The position numbers and the translations under genes are program-made. Positions 17,614 through 27,737 of a stretch of 64,000 nt of DNA are shown piece after piece. This DNA comes from a virus. The notes beneath the pieces were generated by a model. That model had not been told where the DNA came from, searched no databases, and saw only the letters and a list, made by a program, of their open reading frames with translations. Numbering within the stretch: position 1 is the stretch's first letter; each line of letters opens with the position of its first letter. The DNA lies in IMG/VR virus record IMGVR_UViG_3300002835_007718, positions 1 to 64,000 of that record; one strand, 5' to 3'.

Positions 17614-18440
17614 AATTCGTTAATGTAATCTTTTAATTCACGAGTTGGATTCCATCCTAAAACTTTGTTGGCTGTAGAATCGGTATTTAATGTATCTCTT
17701 GCTTCACCCAATTTACCATCTTTGTAGATTGGGTCAATTCCAAACATTTTTGCAACTTCATTTACTGAATGGTTTTTACCCCTACCCAATTCTAACTCAT
17801 AACCATATGCTTGTTTTTCCATGATAAGAATTAAAGCATCTACAATATCATCAATATGCGTAAAATCTCTACGTTGTTCACCATCACCATAGATTTCAGA
17901 TTGAACTCCGTTTTGAATGTTGTTAATCCAACGACCAATTAAAGTGGTGTATCCACCCTCAAGGAGTTGATGTGGTCCATAAACATTGTAGAATCTTGCG
18001 ATAGAAGCCAACAATCCAAAATGAGTTTGATATAGCGTAATAATATCTTCACCCAAATCTTTTGAGAATGTGTATGGGTTTTTAAACCTACCACTATGTT
18101 TTGATGATGAACCTGCGTAGACTAAAGGAATATTGTTTTTAACACAAAACTTAACCACTTCATATGTTCCGTTAAAGTTTGTATCAATATACTCTTCAGG
18201 TCGTTGAAAAGATGGTCCAATTCTTGCAATAGCAGCCAAATGAAATATAATATTAAAATCTTTATCCATTGTGGATATGTTTTGAATATCACCCACCCAA
18301 TATCTACAACCATCTACTTCATTGGATTTTAAACCAGTTGAATAGTTGTCTAATGATTGAACTTCGTGTCCATCTTTTAATAATCTTTTGATGAGGTTTG
18401 TTCCTACAAAACCAGCACCGCCTGTAACTAATATTTTCAT
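17610..18440 (-). CDS. NAD-dependent nucleotide-sugar epimerase/dehydratase
   Basis: MKILVTGGAGFVG, FHLAA, YTFSK (YxxxK), RFYNVYGP, GDGEQRRDF. Confidence 0.93.
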   Translation of the reverse strand: MKILVTGGAGFVGTNLIKRLLKDGHEVQSLDNYSTGLKSNEVDGCRYWVGDIQNISTMDKDFNIIFHLAAIARIGPSFQRPEEYIDTNFNGTYEVVKFCVKNNIPLVYAGSSSKHSGRFKNPYTFSKDLGEDIITLYQTHFGLLASIARFYNVYGPHQLLEGGYTTLIGRWINNIQNGVQSEIYGDGEQRRDFTHIDDIVDALILIMEKQAYGYELELGRGKNHSVNEVAKMFGIDPIYKDGKLGEARDTLNTDSTANKVLGWNPTRELKDYINEL

Positions 18441-18441
18441 T

Positions 18442-19077
18442 TTATCCGATACCCTTCCACGTTGCTCCATTTGTGGTGTAGTAATGATTTACTTCTATGG
18501 TGGGTGTATATAAATAGTTTTTACCAGCTTTTATAATATCATCAGCCCAATACCTATCTTCCTTTCCAGGAAGGGTTTCATCAAATGGATATTTGGTTAA
18601 TACCTCTTTTGTATAAAAACAAAATGCGTTATGTAAAAATGCTCTACCTTCAAGTGGTGAGTTCATATTTTTTTCCTCAGCATCACCAAAATGAGACCAA
18701 ATATATCGTTTGCTAATTTTTTTACCACGATAAATAGGAGTTTGCTTTCCAAATACAGCTACATATTTTTTTAATTTACTATCAATATAATCCAAATCTA
18801 ATTTGGTTATTTGTGAATGTGCTGATAATATTAATATAGTATTGTATTTTGAGTTTTTAACCCCAAGATTTATTGCTTTGCCAGGACTATAATCATCTAT
18901 GGTGATTACTTTAATATCACCACGATTATTAAACAATTTTACAACAGCCAATGAATCATCGGTAGAATGGTCATCAATTACAATTATTTCAGCGTTTGGA
19001 ATAAAATCTAAAACCGATTGGATAGCAAACCCAATATACTGATGTTCATTGTGGTTTCTGATAATTACACTAACCAT
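18442..19077 (-). CDS. Glycosyltransferase family 2
   Basis: VSVIIRNHNE, VIDDHSTDDS, FDE...ED. Confidence 0.9.
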   Translation of the reverse strand: MVSVIIRNHNEHQYIGFAIQSVLDFIPNAEIIVIDDHSTDDSLAVVKLFNNRGDIKVITIDDYSPGKAINLGVKNSKYNTILILSAHSQITKLDLDYIDSKLKKYVAVFGKQTPIYRGKKISKRYIWSHFGDAEEKNMNSPLEGRAFLHNAFCFYTKEVLTKYPFDETLPGKEDRYWADDIIKAGKNYLYTPTIEVNHYYTTNGATWKGIG

Positions 19078-19870
19078 TAAATCTTCCGGTATAATTGTTC
19101 CTTGAATCTAATTCACTTTGTTGAAAATCATCGCCATGAGAAATAAACATCTCTTCTCTCATTTTGATATAATCAGTCAAATCTTTCATCTCGTGAGGTA
19201 GAATGGCAAACTGATTATCACGACCTGGCAAACTTTTGTCGGTTGTAAAGTGTTTTTCAACAACCATAGCACCCTCACCAATAGCTACCTTTGCAGATTC
19301 CACACCTTCAATGTGGTCAGAGTATCCAACGGAAAATCCAATAGTCTTGAATAGGTTCATTCTTAATAGATTTGCCATAGATGGTTTACACGGATAAGTA
19401 GAAACACAATGTAGTATGTATAAATCGGCAATGTCTACAAAAGAAGTGCTTTCCTCAATCTCATCAAATGTAGATGTACCCGTTGACATAAAGATTGTCT
19501 TAAAGTTTTCATTACAATACTTAATGAGTTCGTGGTTTCGTGATTCAAAACTTGGAATCTTCACATCTTCCACACCAAGCTCCACCAATAACTCAGCGTC
19601 TTTGATACTAAACACACTTGACATAAATTTAATACCAACCTCATTACAATAGTTGATGAGTTCAATATGCCGTTCCCTCGTGAGTTCTGCTTTTTCATAG
19701 ATTTCTCTACGACCATCAACATCCCACACACCGGGCTTTAATCTGCTTACTGACCAACTTTGAAACTTAGCGTAAGTAGCACCAGCCTCTGCTGCTGCAC
19801 GAATCATTTCTTTGGCGAGTTCCATATCACCACCATGATTCCATCCAATTTCTGCAATTACTTTAACCAT
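19070..19870 (-). CDS. neuB: NeuB-family nonulosonic (sialic-like) acid synthase
   Basis: IAEIGWNHGGD, KFQS, KIPSFE, STG, HCVSTYP, GYSDH, EKHFT; no C-terminal AFP-like domain. Confidence 0.92.
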   Translation of the reverse strand: MVKVIAEIGWNHGGDMELAKEMIRAAAEAGATYAKFQSWSVSRLKPGVWDVDGRREIYEKAELTRERHIELINYCNEVGIKFMSSVFSIKDAELLVELGVEDVKIPSFESRNHELIKYCNENFKTIFMSTGTSTFDEIEESTSFVDIADLYILHCVSTYPCKPSMANLLRMNLFKTIGFSVGYSDHIEGVESAKVAIGEGAMVVEKHFTTDKSLPGRDNQFAILPHEMKDLTDYIKMREEMFISHGDDFQQSELDSRNNYTGRFNG

Positions 19871-20454
19871 AGTTGGTCGTTTTTTCCTAAATGACATTTG
19901 TATCCAAATCCAAGTTTTTTAAGATTATCTTCGGTTTTTTTGTTCATATTAAATTCATTTGTGATGATTAGCTCAATTAAAATTGCTTGAGTTTCTGAAA
20001 AGAAATCCTCACATTCTAATATATTTGCTTCAGCACCTTCTACATCCATTTTAACAATGTGGGGTCTTATAGTTTCGTTGTTTGCGTTTTTAAATGGGAC
20101 ACTAATTGAATTTTCTTTGTTAAAAATACTATATGTTCCATTATTTGATTTACCATCGGAACGCATTCCTATTGTAAACTCGCCATCAGAATTAAACAAC
20201 CCATATTCGTGTATAGTAAATCGTGTATCTTCTAACTTTCGTAGTTCGTTCAAATTGTCTGGCTGTGGTTCGTATGCATGAAGTTCACATTCAGGATATA
20301 CTTCTAAAAAAGATTCGGAAAAATATCCAATATTAGCACCAATATCGGCTATAATAGGATTTGGTGGATTTACACCATACGTTTCCTTCAATTCTTTTAT
20401 TTGACGAAGTGCGCCAGGTTTAAGTTGTGATTTTAATTGTTTTGTTAATAACAT
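19858..20454 (-). CDS. FkbM-family methyltransferase
   Basis: DIGANIGYFS, AYEP, KMDVEGAE. Confidence 0.9.
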   Translation of the reverse strand: MLLTKQLKSQLKPGALRQIKELKETYGVNPPNPIIADIGANIGYFSESFLEVYPECELHAYEPQPDNLNELRKLEDTRFTIHEYGLFNSDGEFTIGMRSDGKSNNGTYSIFNKENSISVPFKNANNETIRPHIVKMDVEGAEANILECEDFFSETQAILIELIITNEFNMNKKTEDNLKKLGFGYKCHLGKNDQLWLK

Positions 20455-21152
20455 TATTTTCTTGTTTTTAAAATGTAATGTCCCCAAAGTTCAGGATTAT
20501 CAACTTCATAAGCATCACTTGTGTATTCGTATTCTACTTTTAAACCTAAAGATTCTAACATAGATTGTATATTATCAATAGAATCCATCTTACCACCTCT
20601 ATAATTTTCTACCTCAACATCCTTAACAACATTTAAAAATTTTTCTAAATTTGGTTCTGGTGAGTATAAAGAACGATATTGGTTATATTCCGTAGCACAT
20701 ATTAGTCTTTCAGTTATATTAGAAAAAGTTTTAAAGAAATAATCTATACTAAATATAACTCCAGAATCTTTAGTTAAATTTTGACATTTTGTAAAAAAAT
20801 CTTTCTTATTATTTGTAGTAAGATGATGCAAAAACCAACGATTTAAAATAATATCAAATTTCACATCCGTTTCAAATTTAAATATATTTGCGCTTATAAA
20901 TTTTGCACTCTTAAAACCATAAGTAGAATTTTTAAACTCATTTTCAAATACCTTTGATAAGTCTATGCAAACTAAATTTATTTTTGATTTTGTATTAATA
21001 TCAACATCTTGTATTTCCCAAGCGTTTGGAGAACCTACTATTAAAATATTATACTCAATTTCTAAATTACAATATGATTCTATAAAATTTTTAATATCTG
21101 TTCTAGTACATTTATCAAAAAATTTATTGTGCATCATTGGATTTCCAGCCAT
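20454..21152 (-). CDS. Class I SAM-dependent methyltransferase
   Basis: ILIVGS, CIDLS, KFDIIL..WFLHHL. Confidence 0.7.
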   Translation of the reverse strand: MAGNPMMHNKFFDKCTRTDIKNFIESYCNLEIEYNILIVGSPNAWEIQDVDINTKSKINLVCIDLSKVFENEFKNSTYGFKSAKFISANIFKFETDVKFDIILNRWFLHHLTTNNKKDFFTKCQNLTKDSGVIFSIDYFFKTFSNITERLICATEYNQYRSLYSPEPNLEKFLNVVKDVEVENYRGGKMDSIDNIQSMLESLGLKVEYEYTSDAYEVDNPELWGHYILKTRK

Positions 21153-21159
21153 ATATTTC

Positions 21160-21702
21160 CTATTTTAAATTATTTTTTGCTAATTCTAAATCAGATTCAT
21201 AGTGAACATCCACCGCATTATCTTTAATACATCCCAATCTTTTACTAACTTGACCTGATTTTAGATATGCATACTTAAATATACGAACTGAACCACTGCG
21301 TTTATAACTTGGATTAACCGTAATCAAATCATCATATTTATTTTCAATCATATAGTCAATACACTCATCAAGAGTATGCGACCTATTTGGGTTGTCTGGC
21401 TGAAGACCTATTACAAGGTCGTAATCATGTAATGTTTTATTAACTATATCTAAATATACGTCCACCACTTCGGTATCACCACATAATTCTTTAGAGCGTT
21501 CATCAAAATAAACACCATATTGTTCACAAATTGATTTAACTTCAGCACTCTCCGATGAAACTAATATGGTTACCTCATGTTTACTTTGGTTTGCATAATC
21601 TACTGAATGTAGGAACATAGGTTTACCATTCAACTCACGAATGTTTTTCTTTTCCAATCGTGTTGAGTCAAGTTTGGTTGGGATAATTACTAATACTTTC
21701 AT
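21160..21702 (-). CDS. neuA: CMP-nonulosonate synthetase (acylneuraminate cytidylyltransferase)
   Basis: IIP...STRLEKKNIRELNGKPM, LQP..P.R, DV...D. Confidence 0.88.
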   Translation of the reverse strand: MKVLVIIPTKLDSTRLEKKNIRELNGKPMFLHSVDYANQSKHEVTILVSSESAEVKSICEQYGVYFDERSKELCGDTEVVDVYLDIVNKTLHDYDLVIGLQPDNPNRSHTLDECIDYMIENKYDDLITVNPSYKRSGSVRIFKYAYLKSGQVSKRLGCIKDNAVDVHYESDLELAKNNLK

Positions 21703-22616
21703 AATTTATTTATAGCCCATTTGTAGGCTTTTTCTTGTCCTTGAATTGTCATACCACCAATATGAGGTGTAAATATACAATTTAATTTTGAATTATCCAA
21801 ATTAAAAAATGCAGATTTTGAAATATCACCAAATTCATCCTCAATCACATCAGCTGCATATCCGTAAAGTTTACACTCTTTAAGTGCTTTGATTACATCT
21901 GATTCATTCACAATCTCACCACGAGATGTATTTACTAAAAACTTAACATTACGAGAAAGTAAATCGTAGTCAATCATATATTTTGTTTCATCACTAACAT
22001 GAACGTGAAGTGATACTGCATCGCATATTTGGAATAAATCCTGTAATGTTTTTACATTAGATTCATCTGAATATGGGTCATAAATATAAACTTGAGCATC
22101 AAAGGCTCTACAATATTTTACCATCATCTTACCCAATCTACCATATCCAACAATACCAACTTTGAAGTCTTTCATTTGTTGACCTACAAAAGGTAGATAA
22201 TCCCAACTTTTTTCTTCTTTGGTTTTGTTGTTTGAAATTGTAATGTTTCTCATCAAATCAAGAAGAAGTCCAAATGCAAGTTCTGAAGTAGATGGTAGTT
22301 GATTGATTAGTTCATAGTCTTTGGTTAAAGAATATATCTTGATTCCAACCGATTCACAATAATCAATATCAATATGATTCATACCCGTAGAGCAGGTGTT
22401 GATTAGAGATACATTTGTTCCGTTTAATAATTCCTCATCAATTTTATAAGTTTGTTGATTTGGATTACACAGTATTGTATCTATGCTTTTGTTCAATAAC
22501 AAATCCCTAACTTCCGACTTTGAACCTTCTTCTAAAAGATGTATTTCACCCTTTGTAGCCAATAAATTTAAAACACCATTTAGATGTTTGATAGGAGTTA
22601 CCACAGCTATTTTCAT
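21699..22616 (-). CDS. D-isomer-specific 2-hydroxyacid dehydrogenase
   Basis: STGMNHID, VGIVGYGRLG, VSLHV, VNTSRG, TPHIGG. Confidence 0.92.
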   Translation of the reverse strand: MKIAVVTPIKHLNGVLNLLATKGEIHLLEEGSKSEVRDLLLNKSIDTILCNPNQQTYKIDEELLNGTNVSLINTCSTGMNHIDIDYCESVGIKIYSLTKDYELINQLPSTSELAFGLLLDLMRNITISNNKTKEEKSWDYLPFVGQQMKDFKVGIVGYGRLGKMMVKYCRAFDAQVYIYDPYSDESNVKTLQDLFQICDAVSLHVHVSDETKYMIDYDLLSRNVKFLVNTSRGEIVNESDVIKALKECKLYGYAADVIEDEFGDISKSAFFNLDNSKLNCIFTPHIGGMTIQGQEKAYKWAINKL

Positions 22617-23605
22617 AAAAACTTTTTAATTTCATTTACCATTAAGAATGTGCTGTTGAATTCAAGTCCGCCTGTAATGGTATTTTGTATAAAATCTTTT
22701 TTTAAAGTATACTCTCTTAAATATGATTTGAAATCATTATTAATATCAAAAAGACCATCGTAATCATAAAAGTTTGATACTTGACCACTTTTATCAATTA
22801 ACACCGTAGGTATACCAAATTGAATGGGTTTAAACGCCAGAGTTGATGGTGCTGATATAACTATTTTACTTTCAGATATTAATTGATTATCGTTTTTAAC
22901 ATCTACTAATATACGATAATTTAAGTTATCAGGCAATATCCCTTTTAAATATTTTACATTGTGTTCAAACCCATTTTCATCAGCTCTACTTTTGAGCTTA
23001 AAAATTATCGGTAAATTATATTCTTTTTGTAAAGATACCAAATCTAATTTTTCAAAAAGTTCTTTTCCAAAGTTTACCTTAAACGGAGATGGTCTATTAT
23101 TTAAAAAGTTTATGATGACAAGTATGTGTTTTTTTTCCAAACCTTTATAATTTATTAACCCATCATTCGCAGGTATTCCAATTGGTATACAATAATCAAA
23201 CTGCTTTTCTTTATTTCCAAAAACAAAACAGTTATCAAAGACTTTTTTATACCCTTCTATCAAATAAGGATTGTCACCATTTCCGTGGGTGCAAGCCAAC
23301 ATTGGACCTTTTTTATTTTCGTATATTCTATCAAGCTTCGTTTTCGGTGTCAGCCGATTGTCATCTGAAATAATGAGGTCGTATTTTGAACTATCACAAT
23401 AGTCGTAAAATACTTCATTAAAATACGCATCATATTTTAAATCAAATACCAACCTTAAATCATCATCACCAACCCATTTATGAGATTTGCTCATTTGATA
23501 AACTTTGAGTAAATCTAATTCGTACTCTTTTGCAAGATGTGGTATGATTGGATAAATTCGTTCACCAACCCTATATTGTGAAGTTATGAATAGTATTTTT
23601 TTCAA
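22613..23605 (-). CDS. GT-B protein, candidate nonulosonate/sialyl-transferase
   Basis: THG, ISAPSTL..PIQFGIPTV resemble the KpsS/TagF-like C-terminus; lies next to neuA/neuB. Confidence 0.5.
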   Translation of the reverse strand: MKKILFITSQYRVGERIYPIIPHLAKEYELDLLKVYQMSKSHKWVGDDDLRLVFDLKYDAYFNEVFYDYCDSSKYDLIISDDNRLTPKTKLDRIYENKKGPMLACTHGNGDNPYLIEGYKKVFDNCFVFGNKEKQFDYCIPIGIPANDGLINYKGLEKKHILVIINFLNNRPSPFKVNFGKELFEKLDLVSLQKEYNLPIIFKLKSRADENGFEHNVKYLKGILPDNLNYRILVDVKNDNQLISESKIVISAPSTLAFKPIQFGIPTVLIDKSGQVSNFYDYDGLFDINNDFKSYLREYTLKKDFIQNTITGGLEFNSTFLMVNEIKKFL

Positions 23606-24228
23606 TGGTATAACCTATGAACTTTAAATGTTTCAACATACTTGATTCCCCTACGAGCACATTGGTAATTTGTATGGAAATCTTCTACAACCTCATCGGT
23701 AAAATAAAGGTGTTTTCTTTGACTTTCAAAATTATCAAATTGTTTGATTTTTTCGCTCAAGAATGGAGTCACATCAACAAATACGTTGGGAACCCAAGTA
23801 TCCAAAGTTGATGGAGTTCTATAATCTACCACACTTATAGCGTGTCTTCTACAAACCGCCATACCCACATTGTTTATTTTTTTGTGGTCGTGGTGAGTAT
23901 CTTCTTCAGGTGGAAGTAAAATCAAATCATACGAAGATATATCGTGTGTTGTTTCAATCTTATTAACCAAAAAATCATATGGAATGTTAATAGTATGGTC
24001 TTCTGATAGGAATGAACCTTTTACGTTTGGTAGAGAACTCCAAATGTTCATACACTCTTGGTGGCGATTTCTACTTGAAGATGTATCAAATTTACCACCA
24101 ATTGAAATTGTTATAATATCAAATTGAGTGTCTTGGAACTTATACATACTTGCCAAAGCCCCATATTCAATATCATCCGGATGTGGTGATAGACACAATA
24201 CTCTATCTGCGTTTAAAAACTTACCCAT
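23602..24228 (-). CDS. PIG-L/LmbE-family deacetylase
   Basis: SPHPDDIEYG, DTHHDH, FESQ. Confidence 0.88.
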   Translation of the reverse strand: MGKFLNADRVLCLSPHPDDIEYGALASMYKFQDTQFDIITISIGGKFDTSSSRNRHQECMNIWSSLPNVKGSFLSEDHTINIPYDFLVNKIETTHDISSYDLILLPPEEDTHHDHKKINNVGMAVCRRHAISVVDYRTPSTLDTWVPNVFVDVTPFLSEKIKQFDNFESQRKHLYFTDEVVEDFHTNYQCARRGIKYVETFKVHRLYH

Positions 24229-24229
24229 A

Positions 24230-24934
24230 TTATTTTTTTCCGTTATGTCCACTAATCATTTTAAAATATTCGTTATTTCTAACATCACCCTCAAGATAAT
24301 CAATCTTAAAGTTATTCTTCCATTCTACATAGTTTAAACTCATTTGGTCTCTACGAGAATGATACTTCATTTCAGTCCACCAACCCTCATTTAATTTTAC
24401 ACAAGATGGGTCATTATGCTTTCTAATAACAACACTTGTTTCTGCTAATCCAAAATCTTTTGGAAATCCTTCGGATTTGTATTTTTCAATTTGTTGTTTA
24501 ATAATGTTTGGATTATCCTTAAAGTTTTTGGTTCCACGCTCAGGCGTTCTATCCATATTCTGCTGACCCAACTGAAATATAGCATCAGCCTCTTGGTAGA
24601 TACAATTTCTTTTATCAAAACATTTCATATGGTCATATGTTTGAAAAATTTTACCATCAAGCAATGGATTCAAATCTTTTAACATTAACATATTACCATC
24701 CATCCAAATGGAATACTCATACTCCGAAACATATCGGTGTGGTAGGGCTTTATACTTTCTAGCGTTTCTCGTTGGGTCTTCGTAGATTTGATTTACCTTA
24801 ACAACCTTCCAAAAATCAGATTGAAACTCGTGGTCTGAAAAGCAGATATAGTCAATCCCTTCAGATTTGTATTGTCCTTGTGGTAAGTCATCATACTTAC
24901 CAAATATAGCGGTGTAAACTACTCCCTTTTTCAT
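24230..24934 (-). CDS. DUF616-like GT-A glycosyltransferase
   Basis: VYTAIFGKYD, K.LPH, SIWMDG, RDQMSLNY. Confidence 0.8.
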   Translation of the reverse strand: MKKGVVYTAIFGKYDDLPQGQYKSEGIDYICFSDHEFQSDFWKVVKVNQIYEDPTRNARKYKALPHRYVSEYEYSIWMDGNMLMLKDLNPLLDGKIFQTYDHMKCFDKRNCIYQEADAIFQLGQQNMDRTPERGTKNFKDNPNIIKQQIEKYKSEGFPKDFGLAETSVVIRKHNDPSCVKLNEGWWTEMKYHSRRDQMSLNYVEWKNNFKIDYLEGDVRNNEYFKMISGHNGKK

Positions 24935-25770
24935 AGATAAAATTGACTACGGATTATGTTAGAACCAAGGTTTGGTCTTGCGACGGTGTAAGTGGGTGAG
25001 TAATTTGAAATGGTGTCGTTCATACCTGTTTGATTACCCACATTGAACTTGGATTTAGTTTTGATATACAACTGAACTCGTGTGTTGATGTGTCTCATAT
25101 CCAAAGCCGGTTTGAACACCAAACCCACATCCTGCGATTTAGTCCAATAAAACATAGGTAGGTCATACTCATCAATTTTTTGTTGGATTTTCTCAATACC
25201 AACACCATCAAATCTATTTGAAATCAGTAGAGTTCCAAAATCATCATCACAATGGTCTTTGATTACATTATCACCAAATTCCTTTTCTTCATCAGAAAAA
25301 TACAACTCTGGCTCAATATCTTCAAAAGAATCAAACTGCCAGAATCGTAGGATTTCTTCCATCAACGGAGCATCTTCATTTCCATATATTCGGTAGTGGT
25401 CATTAAACACATCACCCTCAAATGAATCTACAAATCCATCCACATATGGGTTATTGTCAAAGATGGTGTGAACTACATCAAATGGGTCGTCCCAAGAGGA
25501 CCAGTTTTTTTCCATCTGACCAAACATCTTTCTCAACAATTCCGGCGAGGGAATCCACACTTTACAATCCGGATACTTCTCTTTGAGTTTTCGTGGGAAC
25601 GAAGAAATAATTCCCCAATCACCAACACCAAAACAAGTTCGTAGAATTACAAAGTTTTTAGTTTCAAGATACTCATCTGGAATGTAGGATGGGTCTTCCA
25701 TAGGAAATCCCAACTTGTCAACTTCTCCGATAGGATATAGTTCGTTATTGTATGTTCTCCAAAAAATCAT
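24931..25770 (-). CDS. GT9 (heptosyltransferase)-like glycosyltransferase
   Basis: RT.FGVGD....P..LKEKYPD, NNPYVD, VGNQTG. Confidence 0.65.
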   Translation of the reverse strand: MIFWRTYNNELYPIGEVDKLGFPMEDPSYIPDEYLETKNFVILRTCFGVGDWGIISSFPRKLKEKYPDCKVWIPSPELLRKMFGQMEKNWSSWDDPFDVVHTIFDNNPYVDGFVDSFEGDVFNDHYRIYGNEDAPLMEEILRFWQFDSFEDIEPELYFSDEEKEFGDNVIKDHCDDDFGTLLISNRFDGVGIEKIQQKIDEYDLPMFYWTKSQDVGLVFKPALDMRHINTRVQLYIKTKSKFNVGNQTGMNDTISNYSPTYTVARPNLGSNIIRSQFYL

Positions 25771-26591
25771 TCCGAAACAGCCCTTCCTTTCATTTTTTCC
25801 CAATCTCGTTCAGGTCTAACTTCAAGGTTTGTTTTCCAACCACCTTCGATGGTGTTCATATTCACACCTACCTCTTTAGCAAATGTAATCAATGCGTTCA
25901 CATCTTTTGGGAAACAGGTTCCACCATATCCCATTTTACCATCCGGTCCGGGAACGTGAAGGTGAGAATCCCCAATACGACCATCAGAGGCAAATCCGTA
26001 AAGAGCATCATCCCAATTCACACCAATTTCTAATGCAAGTCGGTAGAACTCGTTCATCACCGCAACTTTGGTGGCGAAGAATGTATTGTTCATATACTTG
26101 ATGTATTCCGCAGTGGTAGAGTCGGTATGAATGATGTGTCGGTTTTTAAATCTATCCGTAAACAATTCTTCAACTCGTTTGGTAAGTTGTGGGTCTCCGC
26201 CCAAAATGATTCGGGCTTGAGTTAACATATCCAACTTTGCGGTTCGTTCAGTCAAGAACTCCGGTGAGAATACTACGTTGTATCCGTAGCGTTGTATTAA
26301 AACTTTGGTTGTACCCGGCAACACCGTGGACTTAATAATAAAGATTGTATCTTTTTTAGGAGTGATTGATTCAAAGAATTTTTCAATGTATGAAATGTCT
26401 TGTGAACCATCCAACTTCATAGGGGTTGGTAGTGATACAAAGACGAATTCTTGTTCGAGGGCTTCTTCAAGGGTATGGGTAGCCTTCAAAGGGTCAATGT
26501 CGTAAACACGCACATCTGCGGTTGGGGAAAAGGCAAACGCTTGGGACTCACCCACAAAACCATTTCCAATAATTGCAACTGTTTTTTTCAT
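25767..26591 (-). CDS. ugd: UDP-glucose/GDP-mannose 6-dehydrogenase (short form)
   Basis: GNGFVG, SLPTP, KSTVLPGTT, SPEFL, KYMNN.FFATKV, GYGGTCFPKD. Confidence 0.9.
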   Translation of the reverse strand: MKKTVAIIGNGFVGESQAFAFSPTADVRVYDIDPLKATHTLEEALEQEFVFVSLPTPMKLDGSQDISYIEKFFESITPKKDTIFIIKSTVLPGTTKVLIQRYGYNVVFSPEFLTERTAKLDMLTQARIILGGDPQLTKRVEELFTDRFKNRHIIHTDSTTAEYIKYMNNTFFATKVAVMNEFYRLALEIGVNWDDALYGFASDGRIGDSHLHVPGPDGKMGYGGTCFPKDVNALITFAKEVGVNMNTIEGGWKTNLEVRPERDWEKMKGRAVSE

Positions 26592-26643
26592 AGATAATTG
26601 TAAAATTTTCTTTATGACACACGATTCGTTTCCAAAACACCCA

Positions 26644-27267
26644 TCACGATAGGGTTTCGTAATAATCGTTTTGTCGTTCTTGTCGTTCGATTTGCTTTGG
26701 ATGATATAGAGAAAATTCTTCTGCCCAAGGTAAGTTTGAAATAGTGTTGTATCCAACGAGTTTCTCGTGAACCTTGTTTTCCCAACGAATGGACTCTTTG
26801 TTTTTATAGATTCTCCATTGTGGGTCTGGAAAGTTTACCCATCCCTTTTCATCTACGTTCCAACCCCACTTTTGAATGTGGTCTTGAGTCAATCCCTCTA
26901 CTGTATTTACTCGTGGGACAAGAATTACATCCACATCATTTGATTGTAAAATTTCATGAATGTTATCCATAAGAACTTCATTGGGTATTTCATCTGCGTC
27001 AATCTGAAAGATATAATTACCCAAACAAGCTTCGGTTAATGAGTTTTTCATATGTCCAAAGTGACCATCAAAGTGATACCCAATTTTTCTGATACTATCA
27101 CCTAATATAGTTAGATATCGTTCTACTTCGGGTGTTCCATTATTTGTATCGTAGAACACCACAATTTCATCTTGTGGTTGTTTTCGGTCAATAAGGAATG
27201 TAAGTAATCGTTGTATTTCAACAAACTCGTTACAAACCGTCACTGCGTAACTAATTTTCATAATCAA
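26644..27267 (-). CDS. Glycosyltransferase family 2
   Basis: ISYAVTVCNE, IFQIDADE, WENKVHE. Confidence 0.88.
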   Translation of the reverse strand: MIMKISYAVTVCNEFVEIQRLLTFLIDRKQPQDEIVVFYDTNNGTPEVERYLTILGDSIRKIGYHFDGHFGHMKNSLTEACLGNYIFQIDADEIPNEVLMDNIHEILQSNDVDVILVPRVNTVEGLTQDHIQKWGWNVDEKGWVNFPDPQWRIYKNKESIRWENKVHEKLVGYNTISNLPWAEEFSLYHPKQIERQERQNDYYETLS

Positions 27268-27737
27268 TCTTCTTTTTGAACTTGTTCTTCTTGTCTTCTT
27301 TTAGCTACGGAGGCTATTTTATCATTTAACCCATAATTGTAATTATAAACTACTATCTGACTTACATTCGTGTAAATCAGAGTTCGGTATCCTTCTTGAA
27401 GTTTTTTCTTACGAATCTCACCCATATAGAATGCTTTAGATGCTTCATCAATTCGTAGTTTAGTTAAATCTAATTTACGAACACGGGTAGATTCCGCCAT
27501 AATCTCTGGATAATCTGCTGCTAATTTTGAAAACAAAATTGGACTAACCTTATCAAGGTCTATACAATGAAGATATTCTTTAAATCTTGGTTGTAAAACA
27601 AACACGAAATACTCACTTTTTTCACCATTAACTTTAGTGTAGTTAATCTTAGCAACCATACCACGTTCCAATCGTTCTTTTTGTAAACGAGTTGGGTCGG
27701 TCATTTTATTTCGGTGTTGAGTTTTAAAATCAGGCAT
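27264..27737 (-). CDS. Hypothetical protein
   Basis: 157 aa ORF coupled to its neighbours. Confidence 0.6.
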   Translation of the reverse strand: MPDFKTQHRNKMTDPTRLQKERLERGMVAKINYTKVNGEKSEYFVFVLQPRFKEYLHCIDLDKVSPILFSKLAADYPEIMAESTRVRKLDLTKLRIDEASKAFYMGEIRKKKLQEGYRTLIYTNVSQIVVYNYNYGLNDKIASVAKRRQEEQVQKED